This document shows positions 37,823 through 50,589 of a stretch of 51,012 nt of DNA, piece after piece. The notes under the pieces were generated by a model that was not told the DNA's origin, made no database searches, and worked only from the letters and a program-made list of their open reading frames with translations. The translations under genes and the position numbers were made by a program. Numbering within the stretch: position 1 is the stretch's first letter; each line of letters opens with the position of its first letter. Source of the DNA: Octopus bimaculoides (taxonomy: Eukaryota); NCBI RefSeq assembly GCF_001194135.2, contig NC_068982.1, positions 52,602,856 to 52,653,867 of the forward strand. The letters run 5' to 3'.

Positions 37823-38760
37823 GGTGAGTCTAGTCTTCAGCAGCTCCCAAATAAGGTTGATTTTCTTAGAATTATGTATAAAGCTCATTCATTTTAGTCA
37901 ATTCAAGTCGCATGATAGAATCAGTACATAGATGAGATCTAGGTGAAACTTTTGGATTGTTTCTGAAAGTAGGTTACTCTGATCCAATAAATAAAAGTAG
38001 TCCCCTTTGCATTTGCTCAACATTAAATTGAAATAGATAATGGCGGTGAAAATTAGAGTAAAATTTATGGACTCGGTCAAGAAACTCGTGGATTAATATG
38101 AGCTAATAGAAAACTACCTTGTTGGCAATAGTATGAAAGTTCAAACTTCCTCTTAAGGGACACAAGAGGTTGTTGCAGTACGAGCTGATTTGTGTTAACA
38201 TGGAAGTTACATCACGAATCAAATTGCCCTTCAGATACATAAATCCGACACTTACCTGCCAGGGGACGGGAAAGCGTTAAATTTTCAATTGATATCACTT
38301 TGGAGCAAAAATGTAACACGAAATAAAATTTGATAGAAAAATAGTTATTAATACTGGCACCAAATATAATTATCCACTAAACATAAAAAAACCAATTGAA
38401 TATAAAATCTTTATAATTTGTAAAATACAACCAAAATCTAACACAACATACATAAAATAAACATGAAATTTACGAGGCGATAAATATTAAATAATTTTAA
38501 CAGTGATGAATATTTTATCACTGTTAGCACTATTCCAACGATTCACTGCTATCTACGGTGAAAAGTGCAAAAGAACATGCCACTATTATTGCTACCATTT
38601 CATACAAATGAGGAAGCCGAAGTTTTAGACTTAAAGTACTTAGGGGAGCTATATTTCTAAATTTAATATAAAGGCTACCATGGAAATATGGAAGTCAATA
38701 AAATGGATTAAACTTGGACATAGTGGTGTTTTCAGTATAACAAACACGTGCGCCCGCGCC

Positions 38761-38880
<120 letters not shown>

Positions 38881-40416
38881 AATGTGGTTATTTACTGTGC
38901 AGATTTTGTATACTAGATTCCACTGAAAAGATACTGAGTAAATTGAGGTCAGACTAAAAAGTACTTGTCCAAGAGGTTCCGCTGTGTGATTGAACCAGAA
39001 ACTATATTCTTGCGATGTCTTAACCACGTTTATGCTTGCATCTCTCCCACCCTGTCTGTCTTTTTCTCTGTATAAGCGTGTATGTGTGCGCGCGTATCCA
39101 GTCAGAGCATGCAATTTTAAAAATCAATTTATATGGTTGATCTAGGTACCTTCATTCTTTCATTAGACAAAAAAATTATATCAAATTCACATTTTTTCCC
39201 CATTCACTTATACATCTTCGGTATGCATTGCATGCTTTACGTACATACGCGAAACACCACAGATATGTATGTAGATATGATTATATATTTGACTGATGGA
39301 ACCCACGACAAGTAAACCGAGAAGTCAACAGGCCTGCTTGGTTTGGAGGGTGGAAAAACAAAACCTGCCAAAAGGCAGATGAGCGCAGTAGAGTCAATGG
39401 CCATCCAGTAACTAGGAATGAGAGGTTGTTAACCTTTGTTTAGACATCTGTCTTCGAGAAGACTAACTCCGATACAACACTTGCAACTTTGTTTGTGCCC
39501 AATGATGTAGACTACTACTTCTTTTTGGGCAAATGCATACGTTATTGAGAGAGTGAGACTGGTCTCGTGCAAGGCCTTTCCTCAATTTAAAATGATTCAG
39601 GCTCAGGTACTGATTTATTTTTAACATCTCTATTATATGTAGCATACTGTGGCTGGCAGTAGCCGAAAAAGGCAAAATACGTTATGAAAAATTCCATGAC
39701 AGAATGACGGAATGTATCAGTGTAGGTAGTGACTTCTCTTAACACCAGCTGCAAGAGGCGCCGATCATTGCCACGTCTGTGCAAAAGAGAGCTGGTCCCA
39801 AGCAAGACGGAAAAGTCACAATTGTGTTGCTTACATTTAACAGAAGTATCCTAGCAATGATATAACTTGAAATCGAGTTGCAGCCATCATGTATGTTGGA
39901 ATGTATGCTTATCTTTGAATATTATTTAAGTTCTTCTGAAGCGAATCTAAGTCGGTCGCCAACAAAGCATCAAGACTTTTTGAGTTAAGTAAGTCCCCGG
40001 TGTTAGCAAATATGTGATTGAGTTGACGTGTTGGTTGAACTGTAAATGCGCACATTCATGTAAGTGCATCTGTCCTTGTAAAGAATCTCAGATGAAGACT
40101 CTGGTATGTTTTACAGATCCGCACTGTGCTGCGAATAGATTGGATTTGGATACTGCGCGCCCGTTTCTTTGGCTCTTTCTTCGAAAAACCTAGTGCTTCT
40201 AGGTTATGTATGTATGTATGTATGTATGTATGCTAGCATGTATGTATGCATGCATGTATGCATGCATGTATGTATGTATGCATGCATGTTAGCTCGTGCA
40301 TATATACGTGCGTGGATGAGTGCATGTATATATGTATTCAAGCATGTATGTATTTGTGTGTGCACTCGTGTGTGTGTGTGTGCGCGCATACACACGCATA
40401 CATACATACATACATT

Positions 40417-40452
<36 letters not shown>

Positions 40453-41437
40453 NNNNNNNNNNNNNNNNNNNNNNNNNNNNNNNNNNNNNNNNNNNNNNNN
40501 NNNNNNNNNNNNNNNNNNNNNNNNNNNNNNNNNNNNNNNNNNNNNNNNNNNNNNNNNNNNNNNNNNNNNNNNNNNNNNNNNNNNNNNNNNNNNNNNNNNN
40601 NNNNNNNNNNNNNNNNNNNNNNNNNNNNNNNNNNNNNNNNNNNNNNNNNNNNNNNNNNNNNNNNNNNNNNNNNNNNNNNNNNNNNNNNNNNNNNNNNNNN
40701 NNNNNNNNNNNNNNNNNNNNNNNNNNNNNNNNNNNNNNNNNNNNNNNNNNNNNNNNNNNNNNNNNNNNNNNNNNNNNNNNNNNNNNNNNNNNNNNNNNNN
40801 NNNNNNNNNNNNNNNNNNNNNNNNNNNNNNNNNNNNNNNNNNNNNNNNNNNNNNNNNNNNNNNNNNNNNNNNNNNNNNNNNNNNNNNNNNNNNNNNNNNN
40901 NNNNNNNNNNNNNNNNNNNNNNNNNNNNNNNNNNNNNNNNNNNNNNNNNNNNNNNNNNNNNNNNNNNNNNNNNNNNNNNNNNNNNNNNNNNNNNNNNNNN
41001 NNNNNNNNNNNNNNNNNNNNNNNNNNNNNNNNNNNNNNNNNNNNNNNNNNNNNNNNNNNNNNNNNNNNNNNNNNNNNNNNNNNNNNNNNNNNNNNNNNNN
41101 NNNNNNNNNNNNNNNNNNNNNNNNNNNNNNNNNNNNNNNNNNNNAGGGACACTACTTGCATAACATTAAATGTACTCTAATCACCAACAGTTCAAGCAAG
41201 ACCTATGATGTGTGGCCAGTGTGTTTTATCATCACAAGCTCTACAGCAGCAGTCAACACTTTTTGTTATTTTGCATATATTATGCGAATCTTCGTTGTCC
41301 AGCTATGTAGAGCCATCTAAAGATATATATAAATACATTAACCTGAGGAATGTAAATTGAACTATATAAATGCATATTAAATCTTACAGCCTTATTCTTG
41401 CTAATCCTTGTGTTATTTCCTTGAAACATGTTTTCCT

Positions 41438-41550
41438 TATTTTAGCATATATTTTAGCATATATTTTAGCATATATATATATATTCTATTTTAGCATATA
41501 TATATATATATATATAGCATATATATATATAGCATATATATTTTAGCATA
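41438..41550 (+). repeat. (ttttagcatata)-based minisatellite interleaved with (TA)n
   Basis: tagcatata recurs about 7 times. Confidence 0.85.
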
Positions 41551-42857
41551 CTATAAGGAACACACAAGTATGCAAGAAAGATCATCTTTTTTATTGTGAG
41601 AACTCACACGCTTGTACTTTTAATACTATATATCTACACGTATCTTCTTAAAGAAGGAATTATGTGTGAAGTCCATATATGCGTGTGCATATACATACAC
41701 ACATACATGCATACATGCATACATTCATGGATACACACATACATGCATACATATATACACACACATGTGTGTGTGTGTGTGTGTGTGTGTGCGAAAGAGA
41801 GAGAGTGTGTAAGAGTGTGCGTGAATGAGTAATGTGTGGGCATGTAAATGCACGCATAATGTATTTGTGTAACCGATCAACTAAAATTTAGTTATTTTCC
41901 TTAATTGAAGATGAAATTATTCACGCAAATCTATATATATTTGGCACGAATTTAAAAGGGAATTGCATGTTCAAAGAACTGCAGGCTGCATGTTTGCACT
42001 AATATCAGATTCTAAATAAGTTCTATTGCCGATTGTACTCATGTGTGTGTGTGTGTATGTGTGTGCATCCGAGTGCGTGTGTGTGCGTGCGCGCATGTAT
42101 ATACATATGTATTTAGGATATATATATATGCATACATATATACACATATGCATATTATATATATACGTATATACATAAATGTATATGTCTATATATGCGT
42201 ACAAGCATGCATGCTCATATATTTGCATGCATGATATGTATACATATATNNNNNNNNNNNNNNNNNNNNNNNNNNNNNNNNNNNNNNNNNNNNNNNNNNN
42301 NNNNNNNNNNNNNNNNNNNNNNNNNNNNNNNNNNNNNNNNNNNNNNNNNNNNNNNNNNNNNNNNNNNNNNNNNNNNNNNNNNNNNNNNNNNNNNNNNNNN
42401 NNNNNNNNNNNNNNNNNNNNNNNNNNNNNNNNNNNNNNNNNNNNNNNNNNNNNNNNNNNNNNNNNNNNNNNNNNNNNNNNNNNNNNNNNNNNNNNNNNNN
42501 NNNNNNNNNNNNNNNNNNNNNNNNNNNNNNNNNNNNNNNNNNNNNNNNNNNNNNNNNNNNNNNNNNNNNNNNNNNNNNNNNNNNNNNNNNNNNNNNNNNN
42601 NNNNNNNNNNNNNNNNNNNNNNNNNNNNNNNNNNNNNNNNNNNNNNNNNNNNNNNNNNNNNNNNNNNNNNNNNNNNNNNNNNNNNNNNNNNNNNNNNNNN
42701 NNNNNNNNNNNNNNNNNNNNNNNNNNNNNNNNNNNNNNNNNNNNNNNNNNNNNNNNNNNNNNNNNNNNNNNNNNNNNNNNNNNNNNNNNNNNNNNNNNNN
42801 NNNNNNNNNNNNNNNNNNNNNNNNNNNNNNNNNNNNNNNNNNNNNNNNNNNNNNNNN

Positions 42858-42892
<35 letters not shown>

Positions 42893-43395
42893 CACACACA
42901 CATTCCTCTATCTCTATATATGAGTGTGTGCCTGTGTGCATGTGTGACTGCGTGTATGTTTGCATTGTGTAAGAGTGTATGCTTCTATGTGTTTATCTAC
43001 CTATGATTAAAGTGACGTGATATTTTTCTGCGCAGGGTCCTTTTCGTAAAGCAGAACTATTAGATAATACGTATTACATTAGCAGCCCTACCTGCAATCA
43101 TCTGTCCACAAACCATCTCTCCTAAGTAATCTACACTGCCAGCCCTTTCTTTCCATCATTTATTGCACTGCAGCAAAATCTTCAATGTTCTTTCATTTTC
43201 TCTCGCCTTTCTACGTTTCACTTTCTGACACTAGAAACGCAGATGTTTAAGTTGCACTTCACAATAAGTAGAGAGTAGGAAAAGCGAATACCTAGCGCTA
43301 AATTACTTGGGATAGAGGAAGAGAGTGGCAGGTATAAACCGAAAGAGTAAAGAGAAGAAAGACGGAATGCGGAGAGATGAAATAAATCTAAAGGT

Positions 43396-43770
43396 GCAGG
43401 CGTGGCTGTATATTAGGAAGTTAGTTTTCAAACAGCATGATTTCAGATTCAATCCCATTGCATAGCGGTTTGGTACGACCGAATCCTTGTATATAGATTT
43501 GGTAGACGGAAACTGAAAGAAGCCCATCGTATACATGTATAAATGTTTGTGTATGCATGTGTGTGCGTGTGCGTATTTTTGTCTTTGTGTTTATTCCCTC
43601 TCAACACACTACTTGACCGCAGGTGCTGGTTTGTTTGTGTCATCGCAATTTAAGAGTTCGGCAGAAAGTAAAGATACAATAACTACCAGACTTTAGAAGA
43701 AATGAGTATTAGAGTACATTTGGTTGCAGTCTAATGGCTAAAACAAGTTAAAGACGAAATAAAAAGAAGA
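43396..43770 (+). mobile_element. SINE family C, near full length
   Basis: gcaggcgtggctgtatattaggaag...gatttggtagacggaaactgaaagaagcccatcg...gcaatttaagagttcggcag. Confidence 0.8.
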
Positions 43771-43792
43771 TAAATCCATCTATCTATATAGT

Positions 43793-44035
43793 GGAGGCGC
43801 GTGGGTTAGTGGTTACTGTGTTGGACTCATGATCATAAGATTGTAGTTTCGATTCCTGGAGCAGGTGATGCGTTGTGCTTTTGAGTAAAATACTTCATTT
43901 CGTGCTGTTCCAGTCCTCTCTTCTGGGAAAAATGAGTAATCCTGCGACGGATCGGCGTCCCATCCATGTGGGAAATATATACGCTACAGAAACGAGGATA
44001 TCGTCCCTATGAGTTTATAAGACCCAGGAAGATGC
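43793..44035 (+). mobile_element. SINE family B
   Basis: ggaggcgcgtgggttagtggtt...gactcatgatcataagattgtagtttcgattcctgg...aaaatgagtaatcctgcgacgg. Confidence 0.88.
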
Positions 44036-44042
44036 TTTATCT

Positions 44043-44083
<41 letters not shown>

Positions 44084-44658
44084 GGGGGAGAAAGAAAGAA
44101 TGAAGCATAAATTGTAAAATTATGAGAATATAAAAGTGCCATGAAATGCTAAAGCAAAGCAGAATATCACCTGTAATGAAATTGGAATTACCTGTCATAG
44201 CTTAAAAACTCAAGAGCAACCATTGCAAAACAAAAGTAAGAGAAGAAAACTAGCCAACGCAGCAGTAAGTGAAACTCCAGATTAAACATGACAAGGACAA
44301 GAAAATGTAGAAGAAAAGCTGGTGCGAAGGAAAGTGACATCAATGAGCAAGTAACAGATGGACAAGGAACTAAAAGATTTACTAGAGCAAGAACTCTTCA
44401 AACAAAGAGATATCGGTTTATAATGTTTGTTTTAAAAAGAACCAGAAATGGACCAGGAATTAACTGTAATAGAAAGATGAATTCTAAACGCTCAAAATGT
44501 AATGTAATGATGTGCTTACTTAAAGGAAATGACTTCAAGAAGCTGAAAAACAAATTCTGAAATCAATTTCTGTTGTGGTAATGGGCAGTTGTAGGTCTAT
44601 GTAAACGGCAATAGGTAATCTTTGCCAACAGTTAATCTTTAAGATTGCATGTTAGAGC

Positions 44659-44724
<66 letters not shown>

Positions 44725-45734
44725 GACTGAGTATTCTGAAGATTAAGTAATAATTATTTGGAAGTAAATATAAAGAGAACTTGCATCCATTTAAATGACG
44801 TAATTATAGAAATGACAGTTTTAATTACAGTAATGCATTTATTGACAACATTAATGAAGTCACAAAAGTGAACGGTACTTAAGTGAAGAGTATTTTAGAA
44901 AAAGTATTTTGATTTGTACAATTCAAATTAGACCATAATAATTACATTCTAATTAAGCTGTAGAAGCCTCTCTGTGGGGTTACTTTGGGGTTCACTTTTG
45001 GGATGACTTCATCTTAGATAGTTTTGTAAAGGGATTTTTCTGCAGACGAAAACCGCAGCTTCTGATTTTTTCAACAACATACATACGTTAAGTATATTAT
45101 ATTCATAAAGTTCTTAACAATAACGATTATATTATCTTATGATTTTTGGAAACGGTAAACCTACAAAATATCAGAGCCCTGATCAAAAATTGTCCAAATG
45201 CAATTTGAATTGCTCTTCCTGTGCTATTACTGCTGCTGCAGGCTGCTCAATAAATAATGTTTACTAATGTTTACCATGTTGCGGACTGGTGATTCAAGGC
45301 ATCCACGAAAAACTACTGAAAAACTGTACCGATACATTCACCCTTTGTCCATTAAGAAGAGGAATATGATATCCATTTTCTAGGTGTCGGTATAAAACAT
45401 CGTCTCGAGCAGTCTGGGCTTCTGCAACAAGGAAAAATGTAAGACATAATAAACTGCCTTATATTTCTCTTTCCACATTCATTTAAATCAATTCTTGTGC
45501 TTTTAATCGCTGGGGCTTAAGAATTAGAAGTCGTTAAAATGACGAAAAAACTTGCATGTCCAGGAAAGGATTTTATCCTTTCATAAGATCCAAAGCGTCA
45601 TGAAGATGCTTTCTTCAAGTCTCTTTGGAGATCTTGAAGGCTATGCCTCCAGATGCGAAAGATCATTCGAGTTGGTTGTGGAATTGTTAGTATGACAACA
45701 GCTCGAAGTGTACCATAGAAATAGTAAGTGAATC

Positions 45735-46207
45735 CAAGGTGGTATCAAAATGTTCCCGGACTGGATCTGTAGCACGGGCGTCAACAGATGGCAGCACACG
45801 GTTGCATGCGCAGTGAGAGATAGCAGTGACCTTCATGAGGCAGTGTACCAAGTGACGTCGCTGCTTTTGCTTCGCAAGTTGTGAAATTTGTGTTTTTGTG
45901 ACCACGTGTATGCTGTAGTCTGCGATTTTGTCATGGACAGGAACAAAGAGCCAACGTGATATTTTGCGTTAAAGTTAGGAAATCTGCCACATATACATTG
46001 AGCATGCTTGGACAAGCTTACGGGGACGAGGCAATGGGTCGTACACAATGTTTTGAGTAGCACAGGCACTTCAAAATCGGAAGAACATCCCTGGAAGACG
46101 ATGAGCGATCTGGAAGACCTGCCACGAGCGTTACCCCTAGAAATTTGGAGTTGTGCATCGAGAATTCAACCCCCAGGGCCAGACCATCAATCGAGAGTTC
46201 TACTGCG
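45735..46207 (+). mobile_element. Mariner transposon remnant: left TIR, 5' UTR, HTH N-terminus fused to a catalytic-domain fragment
   Basis: TIR-like caaggtggtatcaaaatgttcccggact; from 45933 M-D-x-EQRANVIFCVKVRKSATYTLSMLGQAYGDEAMGRTQCFE*HRHFKIGRTSLEDDERSGRPATSVT, then GVVHREFNPQGQTINREFYC. Confidence 0.9.
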
Positions 46208-46305
46208 TGGCACCTTGGGCAAGTGTCTTCTACTATAGCCTCGGGCCGACCAAAGCCTTGTGAGTGGATTTGGTAGACGGAAACTGAAAGAAGCCCGTCC
46301 TATAT
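46208..46305 (+). mobile_element. SINE family C (5'-truncated, well preserved) abutting the mariner
   Basis: gtggcaccttgggcaagtgtcttctactatagcctcgggccgaccaaagccttgtgagtggatttggtagacggaaactgaaagaagcccg. Confidence 0.92.
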
Positions 46306-46308
46306 ATG

Positions 46309-46349
<41 letters not shown>

Positions 46350-47227
46350 NNNNNNNNNNNNNNNNNNNNNNNNNNNNNNNNNNNNNNNNNNNNNNNNNNN
46401 NNNNNNNNNNNNNNNNNNNNNNNNNNNNNNNNNNNNNNNNNNNNNNNNNNNNNNNNNNNNNNNNNNNNNNNNNNNNNNNNNNNNNNNNNNNNNNNNNNNN
46501 NNNNNNNNNNNNNNNNNNNNNNNNNNNNNNNNNNNNNNNNNNNNNNNNNNNNNNNNNNNNNNNNNNNNNNNNNNNNNNNNNNNNNNNNNNNNNNNNNNNN
46601 NNNNNNNNNNNNNNNNNNNNNNNNNNNNNNNNNNNNNNNNNNNNNNNNNNNNNNNNNNNNNNNNNNNNNNNNNNNNNNNNNNNNNNNNNNNNNNNNNNNN
46701 NNNNNNNNNNNNNNNNNNNNNNNNNNNNNNNNNNNNNNNNNNNNNNNNNNNNNNNNNNNNNNNNNNNNNNNNNNNNNNNNNNNNNNNNNNNNNNNNNNNN
46801 NNNNNNNNNNNNNNNNNNNNNNNNNNNNNNNNNNNNNNNNNNNNNNNNNNNNNNNNNNNNNNNNNNNNNNNNNNNNNNNNNNNNNNNNNNNNNNNNNNNN
46901 NNNNNNNNNNNNNNNNNNNNNNNNNNNNNNNNNNNNNNNNNNNNNNNNNNNNNNNNNNNNNNNNNNNNNNNNNNNNNNNNNNNNNNNNNNNNNNNNNNNN
47001 NNNNNNNNNNNNNNNNNNNNNNNNNNNNNNNNNNNNNNNNNNNNNNNNNNNNNNNNNNNNNNNNNNNNNNNNNNNNNNNNNNNNNNNNNNNNNNNNNNNN
47101 NNNNNNNNNNNNNNNNNNNNGAGAAAAAGTAAACGGAGAAATTGTTATATAGACATCAACTTATTGCGTTGTTCGGAAAGTTCGTGCCGATTTATAGCAG
47201 CGTACCTTTCGACTTATTTTAGAACAA

Positions 47228-47525
47228 GTAGCGGGAGAGCATCATAGCCATGTGTCTAGGAGAACTGTTTGGGGTTTGGATAATTCACCTCAGATTTGCT
47301 TGTCAGTTGTTTGACCTTAACCAGTTGAGCATGTCCCTTAGTGGCTGACGATAAGTGCATCTCTGATCACGAGCAGGAGAAGTGAGGGGGCATTATAGCC
47401 GTATGTTGAGAGAAATTATTTGGTGTTTGGATAATTCACCTCTGGAAACATGGGTGTTTCGTTCAACATCCTTAAACAACCCTTATTCAGGGATCTTTTG
47501 AGCAGGATGGGCTACTCGACCTGAA
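47228..47525 (+). repeat. Interspersed repeat fragment with internal ~65 bp direct duplication
   Basis: gcat(c/t)atagcc...tttggataattcacctc at ~47238-47290 and ~47389-47442. Confidence 0.7.
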
Positions 47526-47529
47526 GAAA

Positions 47530-47573
<44 letters not shown>

Positions 47574-47607
47574 TATAATTATAATTATAATAATGATAAT
47601 AATAATG

Positions 47608-47657
<50 letters not shown>

Positions 47658-47672
47658 TATTATTATTATTAT
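47530..47672 (+). repeat. (AAT)n microsatellite ending in (TTA)n
   Basis: Direct reading. Confidence 0.95.
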
Positions 47673-47704
47673 AATTGCTGTTTTTTGCTGTTGTTGTTAT
47701 TATT

Positions 47705-47915
47705 ATTATGACAGAATCGTTTGCGCACTGGGCAAAATGCTTAGCAGCATTTCGTCCATCTTTACGTTCTGAGACCAAATACCGTCGAGGTCGAGTTTGC
47801 TTTTCATCATTTCAGGGTCGATAAAATAAGTACTAGTTGAATACTGGGGTTCATATAATCAACCAGCTCCTCCCTCACGAGGAAAAGAAAAAATCAGCCC
47901 TTGTGCTTATAACAG
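47705..47915 (+). mobile_element. SINE family A
   Basis: gacagaatcgtttgcgcactgggcaaaatgcttagc...gggtcgataaaataagtactagttgaatactgggg. Confidence 0.88.
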
Positions 47916-48195
47916 AAAAGATTATTGTTATAATTTTAATGACATAATTCAAACCATATTATGAAAAATTGTTTAAAGTTCACGTCCTATTTTTTTTCCT
48001 ACATAGTACGAATACTCTTCGTTCTATTTAAAATTTTAATAACAATACTAGCATTGAACTAAATCATTAGCACCAAAACAGCGCGATAAAAAATATGTAG
48101 TGATATTTTCGTAAAACAGGACGCTCTCATTATCTACTAGAGGTTTATTTCAGCTACGGTTTATTTGCTTCTTATACACATGAACCAACAGTATA

Positions 48196-48397
48196 CAGTA
48201 ACCCCTTGACTATCGCGGGTGTTACGTTCCAAAATATCCCGCGATAGGTGAAAATCCGCGAAGTAGAAACAATACTGTATATATTTTTATAATTTGTATA
48301 TATTTATTTTATTATAAATGCAAAACAACAGAGGTATCGACGTAAGCTTAAATAATAAACTGCGATAGGTGAACCGCAATATGGCAAGGGATTGCTG
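48196..48397 (+). mobile_element. MITE of Tc1/mariner-pogo (Tigger-like) type, copy 1
   Basis: TA flanks; imperfect TIRs cagtaaccccttgactatcgcg / cgcaatatggcaagggattgctg; repeated subterminal gcgataggtgaa. Confidence 0.85.
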
Positions 48398-48488
48398 TAG
48401 TTTAATTTGCCGGCGTAAATTGTCATTATTGATTGTGGAATCTTATGAACAGTATGTTTCTTGTTCTTATATTATGAAGTGTAAGCAA

Positions 48489-49150
48489 AGGTGGCGAATT
48501 TGCAAAAACGTCAGCACGACGCACAAAATGCTTAGCGACATTTTGTGTTTTCCTTTACGTTTTGAGTTCAAATTCCGCCGAGTTCTACTTTGTCTTCCAT
48601 CTTTTTCGAGATTACATAAAAGAAGTGCCAGTTGAACAATAGGGTCAATGTAATAGACGAAGTATCCTCGATCCAAAATTTCAGGCCTCGTGCCTTTAGT
48701 AGAAAGGATATTATTAAGTGCAAGCAAAGGTGGCGAGCTGGCAGAAACGTTAGCACACCGGGCAAAATGCTTACCGGTATTTCGTCTGCCGTTACGTTCT
48801 GAGTTCAAATTCCGCCGAGGTCGACTTTGCCTTTCATCCTTTCGGGGTCGATAAATTAAGTACCAGTTACGTACTGGGGTCGATGTAATCGACTTAATTC
48901 CTTTGTCTGTCCTTGTTTGTCCCTTCTATGTTTAGCCCCCTGTGGGCAGTAAAGAAATAAGAAACGTTAGCACGCCGGACAAAATGCTTTGCGGCATTTC
49001 ATTTTTACTTTCTGAGTTCAAATTCCGTCGAAGTCGATTTCGTCTTTCATCCTTTACTGGTCGATAAAATAAGTATCAGTTAAGCACCGGGGGTCGATGT
49101 AATCGACTTACCCGCTTTGCTCGAAATTGCTGGCCTTGTGCCAAAATTTT
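48489..49150 (+). mobile_element. Three head-to-tail or nested SINE family A copies (48489-48715 old; 48729-48959 young; 48960-49150)
   Basis: Three iterations of the family A body; the middle copy is near-consensus with a distinct tail. Confidence 0.92.
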
Positions 49151-49166
49151 AAATCATTATTAAGTA

Positions 49167-49385
49167 CAGTAATCTCTTGTCTATCGCGGGTGTTACGTTC
49201 TAAAACACACCGAGATAGGTGAAAATCCGCGAAGTAGAAACAGTACTGTACTGTATATTTATTTATTATTTTAATAATTTGTATATATTTATTATTATAA
49301 ATGCAAAACAACACCACGGAGAAGTCGACGTAAGCTTTAGTAATAAATCACGATAGGTGAACCGCGGTATGGCGAGAGATTACTA
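49167..49385 (+). mobile_element. MITE copy 2 (same family as 48196-48397)
   Basis: TA cagtaatctcttgtctatcgcggg...gcggtatggcgagagattacta TA; colinear with copy 1. Confidence 0.85.
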
Positions 49386-49645
49386 TATAAGTATAAAAGT
49401 TACTTTGCTTACTTAAGTATCAATGTTATCAATTATTTATCTGTCGGTTGACATAGGCTGGGCCACTAAAGGTCAAACTTGGATTATAGAAGCTTTATAT
49501 ACACACAGACATGCATGCACACATAAGTACATACTTTATTTTACTTGGCTATTGAAGGACAAGTATATAGAAAGAAACTACTTATTTCTCTCGTTATATT
49601 TCTATTTATTTCCATTACCGTTTTGTTATTTATCTTCCTTTAGAG

Positions 49646-49765
49646 GCGATGAGCTGGCAGAATAATCGGATAAAAATGCTTAGCAGCATTTCTTCCGGCT
49701 CTTTACTTTCTGAGCTCATATTTCATATTTGTCTTTTATCCTTTCAGGGTCATAAAAATAGTTTC
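49646..49765 (+). mobile_element. SINE family A 5' fragment
   Basis: ggcgatgagctggcagaataatcggataaaaatgcttagcagcatttc. Confidence 0.7.
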
Positions 49766-50519
49766 AGTTAAACTTCATGCCCTCTTTCTTCTATCTCTCT
49801 CCCCTTCTCCCTTTCTTTCCATATATATACATATACATCACACAGATTCATGCATACATACCTACATTTAGTAATCTAAAATGTTAAAATGTGCACTCGT
49901 ATACTTGTCAATAGAGTGAGTATATTAATCAAAGTCAACAATATTATAGATGTATTTCAGTTATTAACAGTCAGTTTTTTTTGTACAGTTAACTATGTGA
50001 TTCGAAACGATAACTTTCATATTTATTCTTGATACGCTCCTGCAGGTTTGAAAGCAAATGCGTTAATCGCTGTAGTGTTTGTCACAGCAGTAATCTTCTC
50101 CATTACGACGACTATTTCTTCATAAAACACACGATTCATCAGTGTATGCGATTCTGTGACACCGGTGTTGCAGCATATGTCTCATGAGCCAGAAGTAGCA
50201 AGACTAATGAACCTAAGAAGAGCTGATTGCCTTGTTTATAATTTCAACGAACGAGCTGTTCGCTGATCCGTGCTGTGATCTGCCAACCGATAATAAATCG
50301 TTATTTGCAGAGTGAACAGCGAGATTCAAAATGATGATTTGATTTGTTTTGCACACTTGTAATAGTATAGGTTCATATTTATTTTTTATTGCATCTTTCT
50401 AGAATATTACTTGGAGGCAAGTTAGGAAATTATATAGTCGACTAATAATGTCTTTGTAAACAGTTATAGTGAATGAGTTTCATAGCATCTTTATACGGCA
50501 TGTATAATCAGCTGTACAC

Positions 50520-50554
<35 letters not shown>

Positions 50555-50589
50555 TGTATGTATGTATGCATGTATGTATGTATGTCATT

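Noticed and set aside
38248-38268. 17/20 match to the 5' end of vertebrate U1 snRNA (acacttacctgccaggggac)
   Set aside because: Similarity stops after 20 nt with no U1 stem-loops or Sm site; it is explained as the reverse complement of a consensus 5' splice site.
43093-43235. Minus-strand exon candidate ending at a strong CAG|GTAGGG donor
   Set aside because: All frames are closed for both plausible acceptors.
43793-43870. tRNA-like A/B boxes (also 7001, 10619, 34866, 26748)
   Set aside because: They continue into SINE core sequence and lack a complete cloverleaf; these are SINE heads, not tRNA genes.
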